DNA from: Bacilli bacterium
GTDB lineage: Bacteria > Bacillota_I > Bacilli_A > ML615J-28 > CAG-698
DNA length: 64,000 bases
Reading direction: 5' to 3'
NCBI GenBank assembly: GCA_050953065.1
Contig: JBMNLZ010000003.1
Span: 64,001-128,000, forward strand
How positions within the stretch are numbered: the first letter of the stretch is position 1; each line of letters opens with the position of its first letter. The notes below the pieces were generated by a model. The model was given only the letters and a program-made list of their open reading frames with translations. It was not told the origin of the DNA and did no database searches. The position numbers were made by a program, and so were the translations under genes. Positions 53,601-61,624 of the stretch are shown here, one piece after another.

Positions 53601-55085
53601 TTTTCTATAATTTGTTCTATATAGATTGGAATTTAAACCAACTTCCATATAAGTATTACCTTGAGTTAATACTTCACGATTAGCATCAAAAGTTGAATAA
53701 GTTGCAGTATTTGGTATTGTAACGTGATACTTAGTTTCATCACCTGTTGTGTATCTACCAAAAATTTCACCATCATTATAAATTTCAATTAAATGATCTG
53801 CAAAAGCATAATTTAAATTTACTTGTTTAAAATCAATATAACCTATTTGTCCATAATTTATAACTTCAACATTTGAAACATATGAGATTGGAGTTCCTCC
53901 ATGAAACATTTGTTTTTCAGAAGCAACAAGCCCTACAAATGATGACTTATCAATAAACACTCTTGATCCAGCTCCACTAGACCCCCCTGCAATAATTAAA
54001 TCAGCTCCTAAATATTCAGCTTCTTTTTGTAAACTAATCATATGAATATTTTTTACATAAAGTCCTGCTGCTGAATGTTTTAAATTATATGCTAAATTTG
54101 AAACTGGTTTAGCAACATCTACATAAATCTTGCCATTTACCTTTAATTGAGCATATGAAGATGTTAAATAATTTCCTTCAAGCCTAAACTTAGCGTATGG
54201 CATTTTAATAATCAAATCTCCATTAACAGTTAAAATACCTCCACCTGTTAAATCAAGGAAACTATCTGTAGCCCCACCATATTCAAAAATTAAATCTCCA
54301 TCAACAGTTAAGTTATAATTATTTAATTTAACAGCTGTGTTATTAGCAAAATCCGTAACAAACAATGTTTTTGGATATGAAATATCGGCAGTTAAATTTA
54401 GTGTGCTTCCGTTCTTTTTAGCTGTTAAGTAATTATCAATATTAGCAACTGTTCCAACATTTACAACTCCCCCACCAGTTGCTAAAGTGGCTTCATTTTC
54501 ATAAAAGGCAGCAATTCTTGGATTTAAAACCATCTGAGAACCAACTGCATTTTCACCTATACCTGTAACTGAATAAGCTAAAGTATACCTATATTCAATT
54601 CTTTCAGTTTCATCAACAGTATATCTTGGCAAAACTGTCAAATCAGAAATATAACTTTCTAAATATGTAAAGTCTTTATTAGAAAATAATGTTTCTACTG
54701 CCCCAGTTGGAATAGTGTCTACTTCTTTTTGACGTGTCAAAGTAGCACTAAATGTAACATTATCTTTAATACTTACATAATTATCTTCAAATTGAAAACC
54801 AACAGTATATGCAATATTGTCTGGTCCAATACTATGATAATGACCAACTAAAAATTTAAATTCTTTATTTGTAATATTATTAGTATTTAAAATTGAAATC
54901 GTTTGATCTCCACTCTTAGCTACAGCTACACCATTTTCTGGGAACCTTACATCTAGTGGTTCATAGATATATGTAATACTACCAAACCAACCAAATACAT
55001 TACCAATTAAAAAGGTGCTAAAAAATATAACAAAAAATACTAGCAACAAGAATCTACTCTTGTTTTGCATCGCCATTTTCGTCAT
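50682..55085 (-). CDS. Large secreted protein (1467 aa) with SipW-type signal, distant paralog of the two giant proteins
   Basis: Signal ending NVFG-WF; shares LN.Y.LTV.G, SR.FI, G.IGYID and GGFLGTEPYK.KY blocks with the neighbours. Confidence 0.75.
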   Translation of the reverse strand: MTKMAMQNKSRFLLLVFFVIFFSTFLIGNVFGWFGSITYIYEPLDVRFPENGVAVAKSGDQTISILNTNNITNKEFKFLVGHYHSIGPDNIAYTVGFQFEDNYVSIKDNVTFSATLTRQKEVDTIPTGAVETLFSNKDFTYLESYISDLTVLPRYTVDETERIEYRYTLAYSVTGIGENAVGSQMVLNPRIAAFYENEATLATGGGVVNVGTVANIDNYLTAKKNGSTLNLTADISYPKTLFVTDFANNTAVKLNNYNLTVDGDLIFEYGGATDSFLDLTGGGILTVNGDLIIKMPYAKFRLEGNYLTSSYAQLKVNGKIYVDVAKPVSNLAYNLKHSAAGLYVKNIHMISLQKEAEYLGADLIIAGGSSGAGSRVFIDKSSFVGLVASEKQMFHGGTPISYVSNVEVINYGQIGYIDFKQVNLNYAFADHLIEIYNDGEIFGRYTTGDETKYHVTIPNTATYSTFDANREVLTQGNTYMEVGLNSNLYRTNYRKGVEFYARKILVDNESIADTSFQTQHVLQIYSTVHFIYWDEFGVEQTSTAVVNYAERINPTYIPKEGATWYSRTWDSASSSYISTPLDGLVDLNTFVISSDIYLYEIIAFTINYELADKDKAGFSFSAPNFSSNNQIYFDAGDVYAGFDGISFAEPSKENYRFEGWAFASNLAYNPSNFIPYDNTKQGYFVSTSDILSHGSWDSRTGTYALSLYSYWDPYVIRLIRNDEIIGSYNTFAEPYNAAQAGDRIELLNDYHLLADFTIDKNITFDLGAYQLALGSGVDLIVKQGYVLGNDDCFTTSYENTTIEIYAAADASKIGSYINGIEKQSFYRTETTKYIAKDIDPSANVDISWCEYFTINLYKPWLVQSPTDLPEATFSTYYSASITSNLAVYETGGATCWVPLATIFSEWQDNLGNRVPPERLSYLTRDMDLYFKVNAMAAISLNGTSNGTTKTETMVLKNTVDFTIAAADAPLNIQNTVFSATLGGNAWKSNSDFNATTKRLSLVSDTTEGIGIVTVTYNLIDPQTSAAISINGQSSVQGTWTALVRYPEVTYRISDPEFGGKWQWEVGTAAIGVYQGKPGYSIDSATDLPEIFAADFYHYLDNQRYPEFDLYKTQVSGRDYYDFRIQKLLTGHIHGNPADGRKGLLYRESGAYISDKDIQTAFGAIFSRRESNGTIIPWSVLDSEVYHTQWAATSTTSATDGYGNFLFQNIVSTNVNTMEYTISGGFLGTEPYKTKYKGLVDLMVALYWAKYRNGTYGLGKWVNATNNGTDPLVNKRIRRIFAWNIEAYFFGLQTLDNINGEQTTNVYNRTKLIRDIRRTIPNTNVEYTFTGNETTGWTINQVFSSVYPTGDYTQRGGPGVKTLGYHTNSAAFMYDLITGYSSTVNNATPIKTSAGGNTLYSFIGWSTVAPVSGYSFSNVPRHASDPGKLCSVCDGYVNGNFPETITADDDLYPIYKLSSRVGEKIWER

Positions 55086-55611
55086 TTTTTCTCACCTCCT
55101 TTACAATGCAATATACTTGGTAATATATTACAAGCACTAAAGGAACAAGTACCAATGCTAAAAAGATATACTTGTTCGATATAAAAGAATAAATAACAGT
55201 AATAAATGATAATTTTTTTATAATTTTACCCTTAATTTGACTTCCATTTACTAATGGATCAAGTTCAACATTTTTATCTCCCTTAAGAGTAAAGATATAA
55301 TCACCATTATTTTCTTCTATATTTACGATTCTGTGCGTAACTATCTTACCATTGTAAGTGCCAACTTCACCTAAATAAGCAACAACATCATCTACTTCTA
55401 AAGTATCTAAAGACACTTTTTTACTAACAATGATATCTCCAACATCATAAGTACCACTCATACTATCAGTAACAACTACATACATTTGGTACCCAAAAAC
55501 TTGTGGAGTTTCACCTTTTACAGTTTGAACAAACGAAAAGCCTAGGATTATAAATAAGAATATAAACACTACATATACTATTATCATCATAAAGGCCTTG
55601 AATCTTTTCAT
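55054..55611 (-). CDS. sipW: Signal peptidase I, SipW (ER/archaeal Ser-His) type, copy 2
   Basis: N-terminal TM, VVTDSM...GD, VTHRI, KGD.N..D, C-terminal TM. Confidence 0.88.
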   Translation of the reverse strand: MKRFKAFMMIIVYVVFIFLFIILGFSFVQTVKGETPQVFGYQMYVVVTDSMSGTYDVGDIIVSKKVSLDTLEVDDVVAYLGEVGTYNGKIVTHRIVNIEENNGDYIFTLKGDKNVELDPLVNGSQIKGKIIKKLSFITVIYSFISNKYIFLALVLVPLVLVIYYQVYCIVKEVRKNDENGDAKQE

Positions 55612-55636
55612 TTTATTCTCACTTTTTATTTATAAA

Positions 55637-56869
55637 TTATTTCTCTTGTAATGATTCTCTCTTCTTTTCTAGTTTTTCTTGTTGCTTAATAATCTTTCTA
55701 ATAGTTTCTTGTTTTTCTCTAATTTTCTTTTCAATTTCTAATTCTTTTTCATAACTCTTCAAAACTCTATCAATTGAGGCTAAAACATCTTTTTCATTAA
55801 CCTTTTTAATTCTACCACTTACAAGATTAGTAGAACCTACCTTTTCTAATTCTAAGACATTTTCATCTTCTACATATCTATTAACAAAAGATTTAACAAA
55901 AGTAGGTCTAAGTTTAGTTACTCTATCGTTTTGTTTGACAACTAAATCTTTATCAACATATTCTTTGAATAGCAAGAAGTTAGAAAACATTGAATAACCC
56001 AATTGATCGACAAACTTTTGATCTACCTTACCTAATGATTCATTTACCTCAACTGAAAAACCAATCTTATCGTATGTTTCAATAAACTGCCATAATTTTA
56101 AAGCTTTCTTAAAGTCAGGGTTTTTTAAGATAACATTCGTTCTAACAATAGGAGGTCTAACCATCGCAGAACCTGCCATTTGTTTTGAAAATGGACTGTG
56201 ATATAATCCGTCAATTATCTTAGCAAGTCTTGCAACACGCTGAATCCCGCTCATACCTTGAGGATTTTGTTGCATTAAATCATCAAGAGTTGATTCTGAT
56301 TCAATTTTAAGCTCATATCTAAATCTCTTTCCTTCAACTTTAAAGTTTGATTTTATTGAAACTTCATTTAAATCACCTTCAGCTAAAGCTCCCTTAATAA
56401 TCTGCAGACGTTTTTCAATAAATATTCTTAAGTTAAAGATTAAAGTATAGATAAATCTGTTTTCATAAATCTCATAACTTTCTTCTTTATAAACATTTAA
56501 GATTCGATCAGGAATAACCTCATCCCCTCTAACCTCACTAATAAGGTTAGTGTTTTGAGCAAGATGTCTAATAGATTCTTGTGTAACTTTCTTGGCTAAA
56601 GAAACTGGGATAATATCTTCTTCTTGAACGATAAACTTTCTTGGATTTCTTACAATCGTATCAAGCGAAGGAGTCGCTTCTTCAATTGCTTCTAACCAGT
56701 CTTCATCAACATTTTTAATTTTCATTCTAGTATAGAGATTCATTTCATTTTCGCCATTTGCGACCATCTCTATAAAGTCTTTATAAAAATTATCGTTACC
56801 TATAGTAGCCATTACATTTTTAACTGTATTTAGATAACTTTTATCTGGAGTTTTATCATCTTTTGCCAT
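55637..56869 (-). CDS. DUF2357-like McrB partner protein with no recognisable nuclease domain and a C-terminal coiled coil
   Basis: YEIYENRF and PPIVRTNVILKNPDFKKALKLW blocks typical of DUF2357; directly downstream of McrB-like gene; K/E-rich tail. Confidence 0.65.
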   Translation of the reverse strand: MAKDDKTPDKSYLNTVKNVMATIGNDNFYKDFIEMVANGENEMNLYTRMKIKNVDEDWLEAIEEATPSLDTIVRNPRKFIVQEEDIIPVSLAKKVTQESIRHLAQNTNLISEVRGDEVIPDRILNVYKEESYEIYENRFIYTLIFNLRIFIEKRLQIIKGALAEGDLNEVSIKSNFKVEGKRFRYELKIESESTLDDLMQQNPQGMSGIQRVARLAKIIDGLYHSPFSKQMAGSAMVRPPIVRTNVILKNPDFKKALKLWQFIETYDKIGFSVEVNESLGKVDQKFVDQLGYSMFSNFLLFKEYVDKDLVVKQNDRVTKLRPTFVKSFVNRYVEDENVLELEKVGSTNLVSGRIKKVNEKDVLASIDRVLKSYEKELEIEKKIREKQETIRKIIKQQEKLEKKRESLQEK

Positions 56870-56897
56870 AACGGCCACCTTTCTTTTTTCTTAATTA

Positions 56898-58415
56898 TTA
56901 GAATAGTTTCTTTAATCTCTTTAGATAATCTTTACATTCTTCCATGTTTTGAGAACCAAATAATTTATCCAAGTAAGCAATTAAACCATCAATTTCATCT
57001 CTGATATAAGATAAGTTCAAACTTTCAAACTTTCTTAAGATTTTGTTTGCTAAAACATAATCAAGTCCATCTAATTCAGTTCCACCTGTAGCAATATATG
57101 TTGGAATAAATTCAGTTAATTGTTTTAAAATACGGTTACCAAACGCTAACCTAAAGTGTTTAATAACATAGTCATCTAGTAATTCTAATTTATCTAAAAC
57201 TTCTTGACTTACCTTATGATTTTCCTTAGCTTCTTTATATAAATTCTCTAAATGATCAAATCCAATTTTTACTGGATCTGTATCTGGTGCTGGGAAAAAC
57301 TTACCTTTTTGGTTAATATTAATTGGCATACCACGGTCATAAACTTTATCCGAAATCGCGAAAGTCGAGTCGTCCATGTTAACAGTACCAACATAGTACA
57401 TATTTTGAGGAAGTTTAAATCTACCCTTTACAATATGTTTAGGGTCATTTGGCCAACCACTGGCAACTAAGTCAACAATCCATAAGTCCCTAATCGGCAT
57501 TTCTAGGATTGATAACATCTCAGCGAAGTAGTACTCAACTCTGGCGATGTTCATTTCATCCAGGATAATAACTGAAACTTCGTTAGTATAAGTTGCTTCA
57601 TATAAAGCTTTTAAAACTTCTGTTTCATTAAATCTTTTTGTAAATTCGTTAAAGTAACCAAATAACTCAGTTCTATCACGCCATGATGGTTGAACTGAAG
57701 CTAGTGTTACTGGGTTTTGTAAGAACTTACCGAAGGCATACGGTAAGGAAGTCTTACCAGTACCAGAAATACCTTGTAAGATAACAAGTCTAGCACTTGA
57801 AAAAGCTGAAATAAATAATCTAATTGTTTTGATATCATAGAATAACTTTAATCTTGAACAAGCAAAGTTTCTAAATCTTTCACATAGATCATCTAATCTA
57901 ATAGTATTATCATATTCAGGTGCTACATAGTTTTCATATTTTTGGTCAATTTCAGTTAACTTATAGAAACGACTATTACTAGTATCAACTTTCTTCTCTC
58001 CTACTGCTCCCTCTTCTGCTCCAGTTCCATCCGCAGCAAAAGCAGGGCCTCCAATTTGAGAAACCTTTAAAGCTAGAATTCTATCTTTTTCTTGGTTAAC
58101 TCTCATAACCTCTCTTTTTAGAGAAGTTATTTCATCAATCAAGTCCTCAGAGCTTACCTTACTTCTTCTAATTCTGATATATCTTCTTAAGAAATATAAG
58201 AATAACCAAAGAATCGCTCCAACAACAGCAATAACGCACAGTAAAAGTAGGATACCTACTACCCATTGCCACCAAACAAATCCTCCTGAATGTCCTTCAA
58301 ATACTTTATAGTATTCAAAGACGTTTAGCATTTCATAAATGCTAATCCAAATGCCTGAGAATCCCTTCCAAAATACTAGTAGAAAATCTTTCAAAAAATT
58401 AATTATAGTTTCCAT
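56898..58415 (-). CDS. Membrane-anchored McrB-family AAA+ NTPase
   Basis: N-terminal TM (WWQWVVGILLLLCVIAVVGAILWLFLYFL) plus coiled coil; Walker A GISGTGKT, VQPSW.D, Walker B ILDEMN, ARVEYYF, McrB signature GTVNMDDS, DR. Confidence 0.82.
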   Translation of the reverse strand: METIINFLKDFLLVFWKGFSGIWISIYEMLNVFEYYKVFEGHSGGFVWWQWVVGILLLLCVIAVVGAILWLFLYFLRRYIRIRRSKVSSEDLIDEITSLKREVMRVNQEKDRILALKVSQIGGPAFAADGTGAEEGAVGEKKVDTSNSRFYKLTEIDQKYENYVAPEYDNTIRLDDLCERFRNFACSRLKLFYDIKTIRLFISAFSSARLVILQGISGTGKTSLPYAFGKFLQNPVTLASVQPSWRDRTELFGYFNEFTKRFNETEVLKALYEATYTNEVSVIILDEMNIARVEYYFAEMLSILEMPIRDLWIVDLVASGWPNDPKHIVKGRFKLPQNMYYVGTVNMDDSTFAISDKVYDRGMPININQKGKFFPAPDTDPVKIGFDHLENLYKEAKENHKVSQEVLDKLELLDDYVIKHFRLAFGNRILKQLTEFIPTYIATGGTELDGLDYVLANKILRKFESLNLSYIRDEIDGLIAYLDKLFGSQNMEECKDYLKRLKKLF

Positions 58416-58459
58416 ATTTTCATGCCTTTCTTATTTTTTAGGTTTTCTAAAAACACAAC

Positions 58460-58534
58460 AATTTTAAACTAATTATTAATAAAATAATTAGTTTAAAATT
58501 ATCGTCCGTCTTTTTTAAGAAGACGATAATTTTT
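58460..58534. promoter_or_regulatory. Tandem overlapping hairpins between sipW #1 and the McrB-like gene
   Basis: aattttaaactaattatt/aataattagtttaaaatt (58460-58500) and aaaattatcgtc...gacgataatttt (58495-58533). Confidence 0.65.
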
Positions 58535-58537
58535 AGT

Positions 58538-59338
58538 TTATTCTTTCTTTTCTTCTTTTGAACTTTCTTTTTCTTCCTCTTTAGCTTTTTCTTTAGCCGC
58601 TAATTCTTCTTTTTGTTTCTTTAAGAATTCTTGAATTGCTAGCTCTTTTAATTCATCCGATAACTCACCGGTTTCAGCTGCTTTAGCAAGTTCAGTCTTT
58701 CTCTTTAAATCAACAAAGAATTTAATAAAAGCAAATAAGTTCCAAACAAACAAACCAAGCATTGGTAAGAAGACAGCAACTAAGAAGACAGTTGGATCTT
58801 TAATCCAATCTAGGACTTTTCCAAGCCCACCAATTTTTCCGCGATATACCGCCACAATATCATTTGTTAAAAAGGGATCGTCTTCTAAAAACTCATTATC
58901 ACCTTTTGTAGTACACCAAACTAAAGGTTTCCCAGTCTCAGAATCAATTAAATGAGGATCTTCACGCATTTCAACAAGTCTATGAATTCGTAAATACTTA
59001 TCTCTTCCTGCTCCAACCCAAATAGCTACAATATCACCTGGTGTATCAGAGTCTTTATAACCAGCTACTAACTCTTTTGATTCATCATATGCACCCATAA
59101 TAGTTAAGTCACCAACTTTAATAGTCGGTTCCATTGAATCAGTTTGAATAGCCAAAAATGATACATCAATCACAGGAAGTCTACTTACTCCTCCTGTTTT
59201 ATTACTAATAGAAGCAATAATAACAAAAAAAGCAAAAACTATTAATATTATTTCTAAAATATTTATAATATTAGAAATAATTTCTTTTTTTCCTAATTTC
59301 TTTTTTTCTTTTGTTTGAGTATTAGTTTCTTTTTCCAC
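58538..59338 (-). CDS. sipW: Signal peptidase I, SipW type, copy 1
   Basis: N-terminal TM, IQTDSMEPTIKVGD, RIHRL, TKGDN..D, C-terminal TM and charged tail. Confidence 0.82.
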   Translation of the reverse strand: MEKETNTQTKEKKKLGKKEIISNIINILEIILIVFAFFVIIASISNKTGGVSRLPVIDVSFLAIQTDSMEPTIKVGDLTIMGAYDESKELVAGYKDSDTPGDIVAIWVGAGRDKYLRIHRLVEMREDPHLIDSETGKPLVWCTTKGDNEFLEDDPFLTNDIVAVYRGKIGGLGKVLDWIKDPTVFLVAVFLPMLGLFVWNLFAFIKFFVDLKRKTELAKAAETGELSDELKELAIQEFLKKQKEELAAKEKAKEEEKESSKEEKKE

Positions 59339-59347
59339 TATTGTCTC

Positions 59348-60202
59348 CTATCCTAATTCTTCTTCACTTGCATTTCTTACCGCAAAAACTAAGTTTATCT
59401 CTACGTTTTGACCTAAATATGCATCCACACAATTTTCATCAGTTCCTTCAAACCAAACAACTAAAGTTACAACATCTTTTCCTTCTTCATCAAATTTACT
59501 AGCATCTATAAGAAAAAGTGGTGTAGCCATCGCTGCATATCCAGCTTTTATTAATAAAACTTCATTTTCCCCCTCTGGATTTTCTTTAATTCTTCCACTT
59601 GTAGCACCACCTATTGGATTATCAAAGTCTGCACTAGTAACAAAAGTCAATTCATCACTTATAGCATTTGGAGCCCAAATACCAATTAACTTATTATCTT
59701 TTATAAAAGCAACTCTTGTAGCTCTTGATATTTCTTGGTCTGCAGTTAAATTAGCATCCCCAGTTAAATAAACTATCTTATCAGTATCCTCTGGTTCATC
59801 TTCATCCATATTGTACGCAGAAAACCAAAAACTAATTACTAAAGCATCTCCATAACCATTAACTTTTTTATAATTGGTTGGACTTGCTTCATTTATTGCA
59901 TAGAAACTAAGTCCATTCCCTGACTGATCGCCCATTAAATGATCAATTACACTTGTAGAGTAAAATGGGTCAAATTCATCATCAAAGAATATTTCTCTAC
60001 GATAATTTTCAAAAATCCTTGGATAAGTTTCGCTATCAGCAGTATTAGCATAAATTCTTAATTTTCCCGAAGTACTTGCTTGAATAAGAGAGCTTTGATA
60101 AGAAGCACGCTTTGAAAGAGATATCCAAGCATAAGCGGCAGATGTTGCTACTAAAAGCGAAACTATGAGCATTAAAAATAATAGCACAAATCTTCTTCTC
60201 AT
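59348..60202 (-). CDS. TasA/camelysin-like secreted protein with SipW-cognate signal peptide
   Basis: MRRRFVLL..SAAYA-WIS; DQSGNG, ATRVAF, VWFEGTD.NC motifs. Confidence 0.7.
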   Translation of the reverse strand: MRRRFVLLFLMLIVSLLVATSAAYAWISLSKRASYQSSLIQASTSGKLRIYANTADSETYPRIFENYRREIFFDDEFDPFYSTSVIDHLMGDQSGNGLSFYAINEASPTNYKKVNGYGDALVISFWFSAYNMDEDEPEDTDKIVYLTGDANLTADQEISRATRVAFIKDNKLIGIWAPNAISDELTFVTSADFDNPIGGATSGRIKENPEGENEVLLIKAGYAAMATPLFLIDASKFDEEGKDVVTLVVWFEGTDENCVDAYLGQNVEINLVFAVRNASEEELG

Positions 60203-60236
60203 AAGCTTTCCTTTCCTTTAAAATTTATTTATTTCC

Positions 60237-61418
60237 TTAGTCCCATCTAGCATAAAGATTGAAAGTATTATTCGGATTAGCAGTGCCAAGTCTTAATTCC
60301 CATTTATTAGTTCCACCATCATTATAGATTGGTAAAACATCTGTATAAAAAGCATCTCTATACCAACCAGCAAAAGTAAAACCAGCTTTTGTTGGAGCAG
60401 TTAACAAATAGGCATCTGAATTGGCACCTTTATTAAACTCAGTAACATCTATAATTTTAGGGTTTGAATTTACTCCACCATTTAAATTATAAATTGGTGA
60501 ATATTTATTTGCAGGCATTCTTCCTGAAAATATCATACTAATATTAACACTTTGACCTATTAAAGCATCTGTTGTATTAGGGTCACTTCCCTCAAACCAA
60601 ATTACAACCTTTACCAAAGGACCTGTGATTTGAGATGCATCAACTTGAGCAATTGATGTCCCTGCATAAATTCTTCTAACAACAGTAGCACTATATGAAG
60701 CAGGGTTTATATAATAATTATTAGGTATAGACTCACTATAAACAGTGCCTTCAAAATCTTGGAAATTTGTAGTCCCAAAACTAGTACTTGGAATAATTGA
60801 CCCACTCAAATTACCATCCCCTGGCCTACCATTACCATCATTATAATCTGCATTAGTAACAAACCTATTATCAGCAGTATTAGAATATACTCCAAAAACA
60901 TTGTCATTGACATCTAAAAACGCGATACGAACAGAATATGCTAAATCTTTTAAATGTGGTCCGGCAGCTGCATTTTCTACCACGATACTTTCTAAATAAA
61001 TATCTCTCATATCAGTTTCAGTACTACCAGTATATGATGTAAAATACAAATCATAAGCTAATGCAACTCCTGTACCACTTATAGCACCATATTTATAATT
61101 ACTACTATCAGGTACTGCTTCATAAAACCGGCTACCATTTCCTGATTGGTCTTTCATAATATGATTTGCATAGCCTGGATTATAAAAATCATCTTCAGGA
61201 TCACTAAAATCAATATAAGTTGTATAGTTAGAAAATATATTAGGAATATCATTTTGATTATGTGTCCATACTTTTAAATAACCTTTTGTTTCAGCTTTAA
61301 CGTTAACACCTCTTACTTCTGCTTCTTTTGAAGCTGTAAACCAAGCATAACCAGCTAAAGTAACTAAAAATACAGAAACTAGTAATAAAAATATTAGTAA
61401 AATTAAATTTTTTCTCAT
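60237..61418 (-). CDS. TasA/camelysin-like secreted protein with SipW-cognate signal and one C-terminal B-repeat
   Basis: LAGYA-WFTAS; MKDQSGNG, SVRIAF, IWFEGSDPN; APTKAGFTFAGWY. Confidence 0.72.
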   Translation of the reverse strand: MRKNLILLIFLLLVSVFLVTLAGYAWFTASKEAEVRGVNVKAETKGYLKVWTHNQNDIPNIFSNYTTYIDFSDPEDDFYNPGYANHIMKDQSGNGSRFYEAVPDSSNYKYGAISGTGVALAYDLYFTSYTGSTETDMRDIYLESIVVENAAAGPHLKDLAYSVRIAFLDVNDNVFGVYSNTADNRFVTNADYNDGNGRPGDGNLSGSIIPSTSFGTTNFQDFEGTVYSESIPNNYYINPASYSATVVRRIYAGTSIAQVDASQITGPLVKVVIWFEGSDPNTTDALIGQSVNISMIFSGRMPANKYSPIYNLNGGVNSNPKIIDVTEFNKGANSDAYLLTAPTKAGFTFAGWYRDAFYTDVLPIYNDGGTNKWELRLGTANPNNTFNLYARWD

Positions 61419-61442
61419 ATTTTTTCTCCATTACCATAAAAC

Positions 61443-61586
61443 AATTTTTAATCAACTTTTATATTTTAAAGTTGATTAAAAATTATTCTCTATTCTTATC
61501 TTAAGAATAGAAGATAATTTAAAATTGATGGAACTTAAGAAGGAGATACTTGGAAATGATGATATCTCCTTCTTTATTTTAAGTTC
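61443..61586. promoter_or_regulatory. Three consecutive hairpins in intergenic region
   Basis: aatttttaatcaacttt/aaagttgattaaaaatt; ctattctta/taagaatag; gaaggagata/tatctccttc enclosed by gaacttaa/ttaagttc. Confidence 0.65.
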
Positions 61587-61624
61587 TTTTATTTTTTAAA
61601 ATCTATAAACTGTTTTAGATATTA

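Noticed and set aside
673-57470. All short plus-strand ORFs in the ORF track and nested alternate-frame minus ORFs (e.g. 37302-37556, 46374-46592, 50666-50932)
   Set aside because: They lie antisense to or inside well-supported genes and show no recognisable motifs; they are shadow ORFs
55637-58415. Canonical McrBC restriction system
   Set aside because: No DNA-binding N-domain (a TM helix instead) and no visible PD-(D/E)XK nuclease; kept as an atypical finding rather than annotated mcrBC
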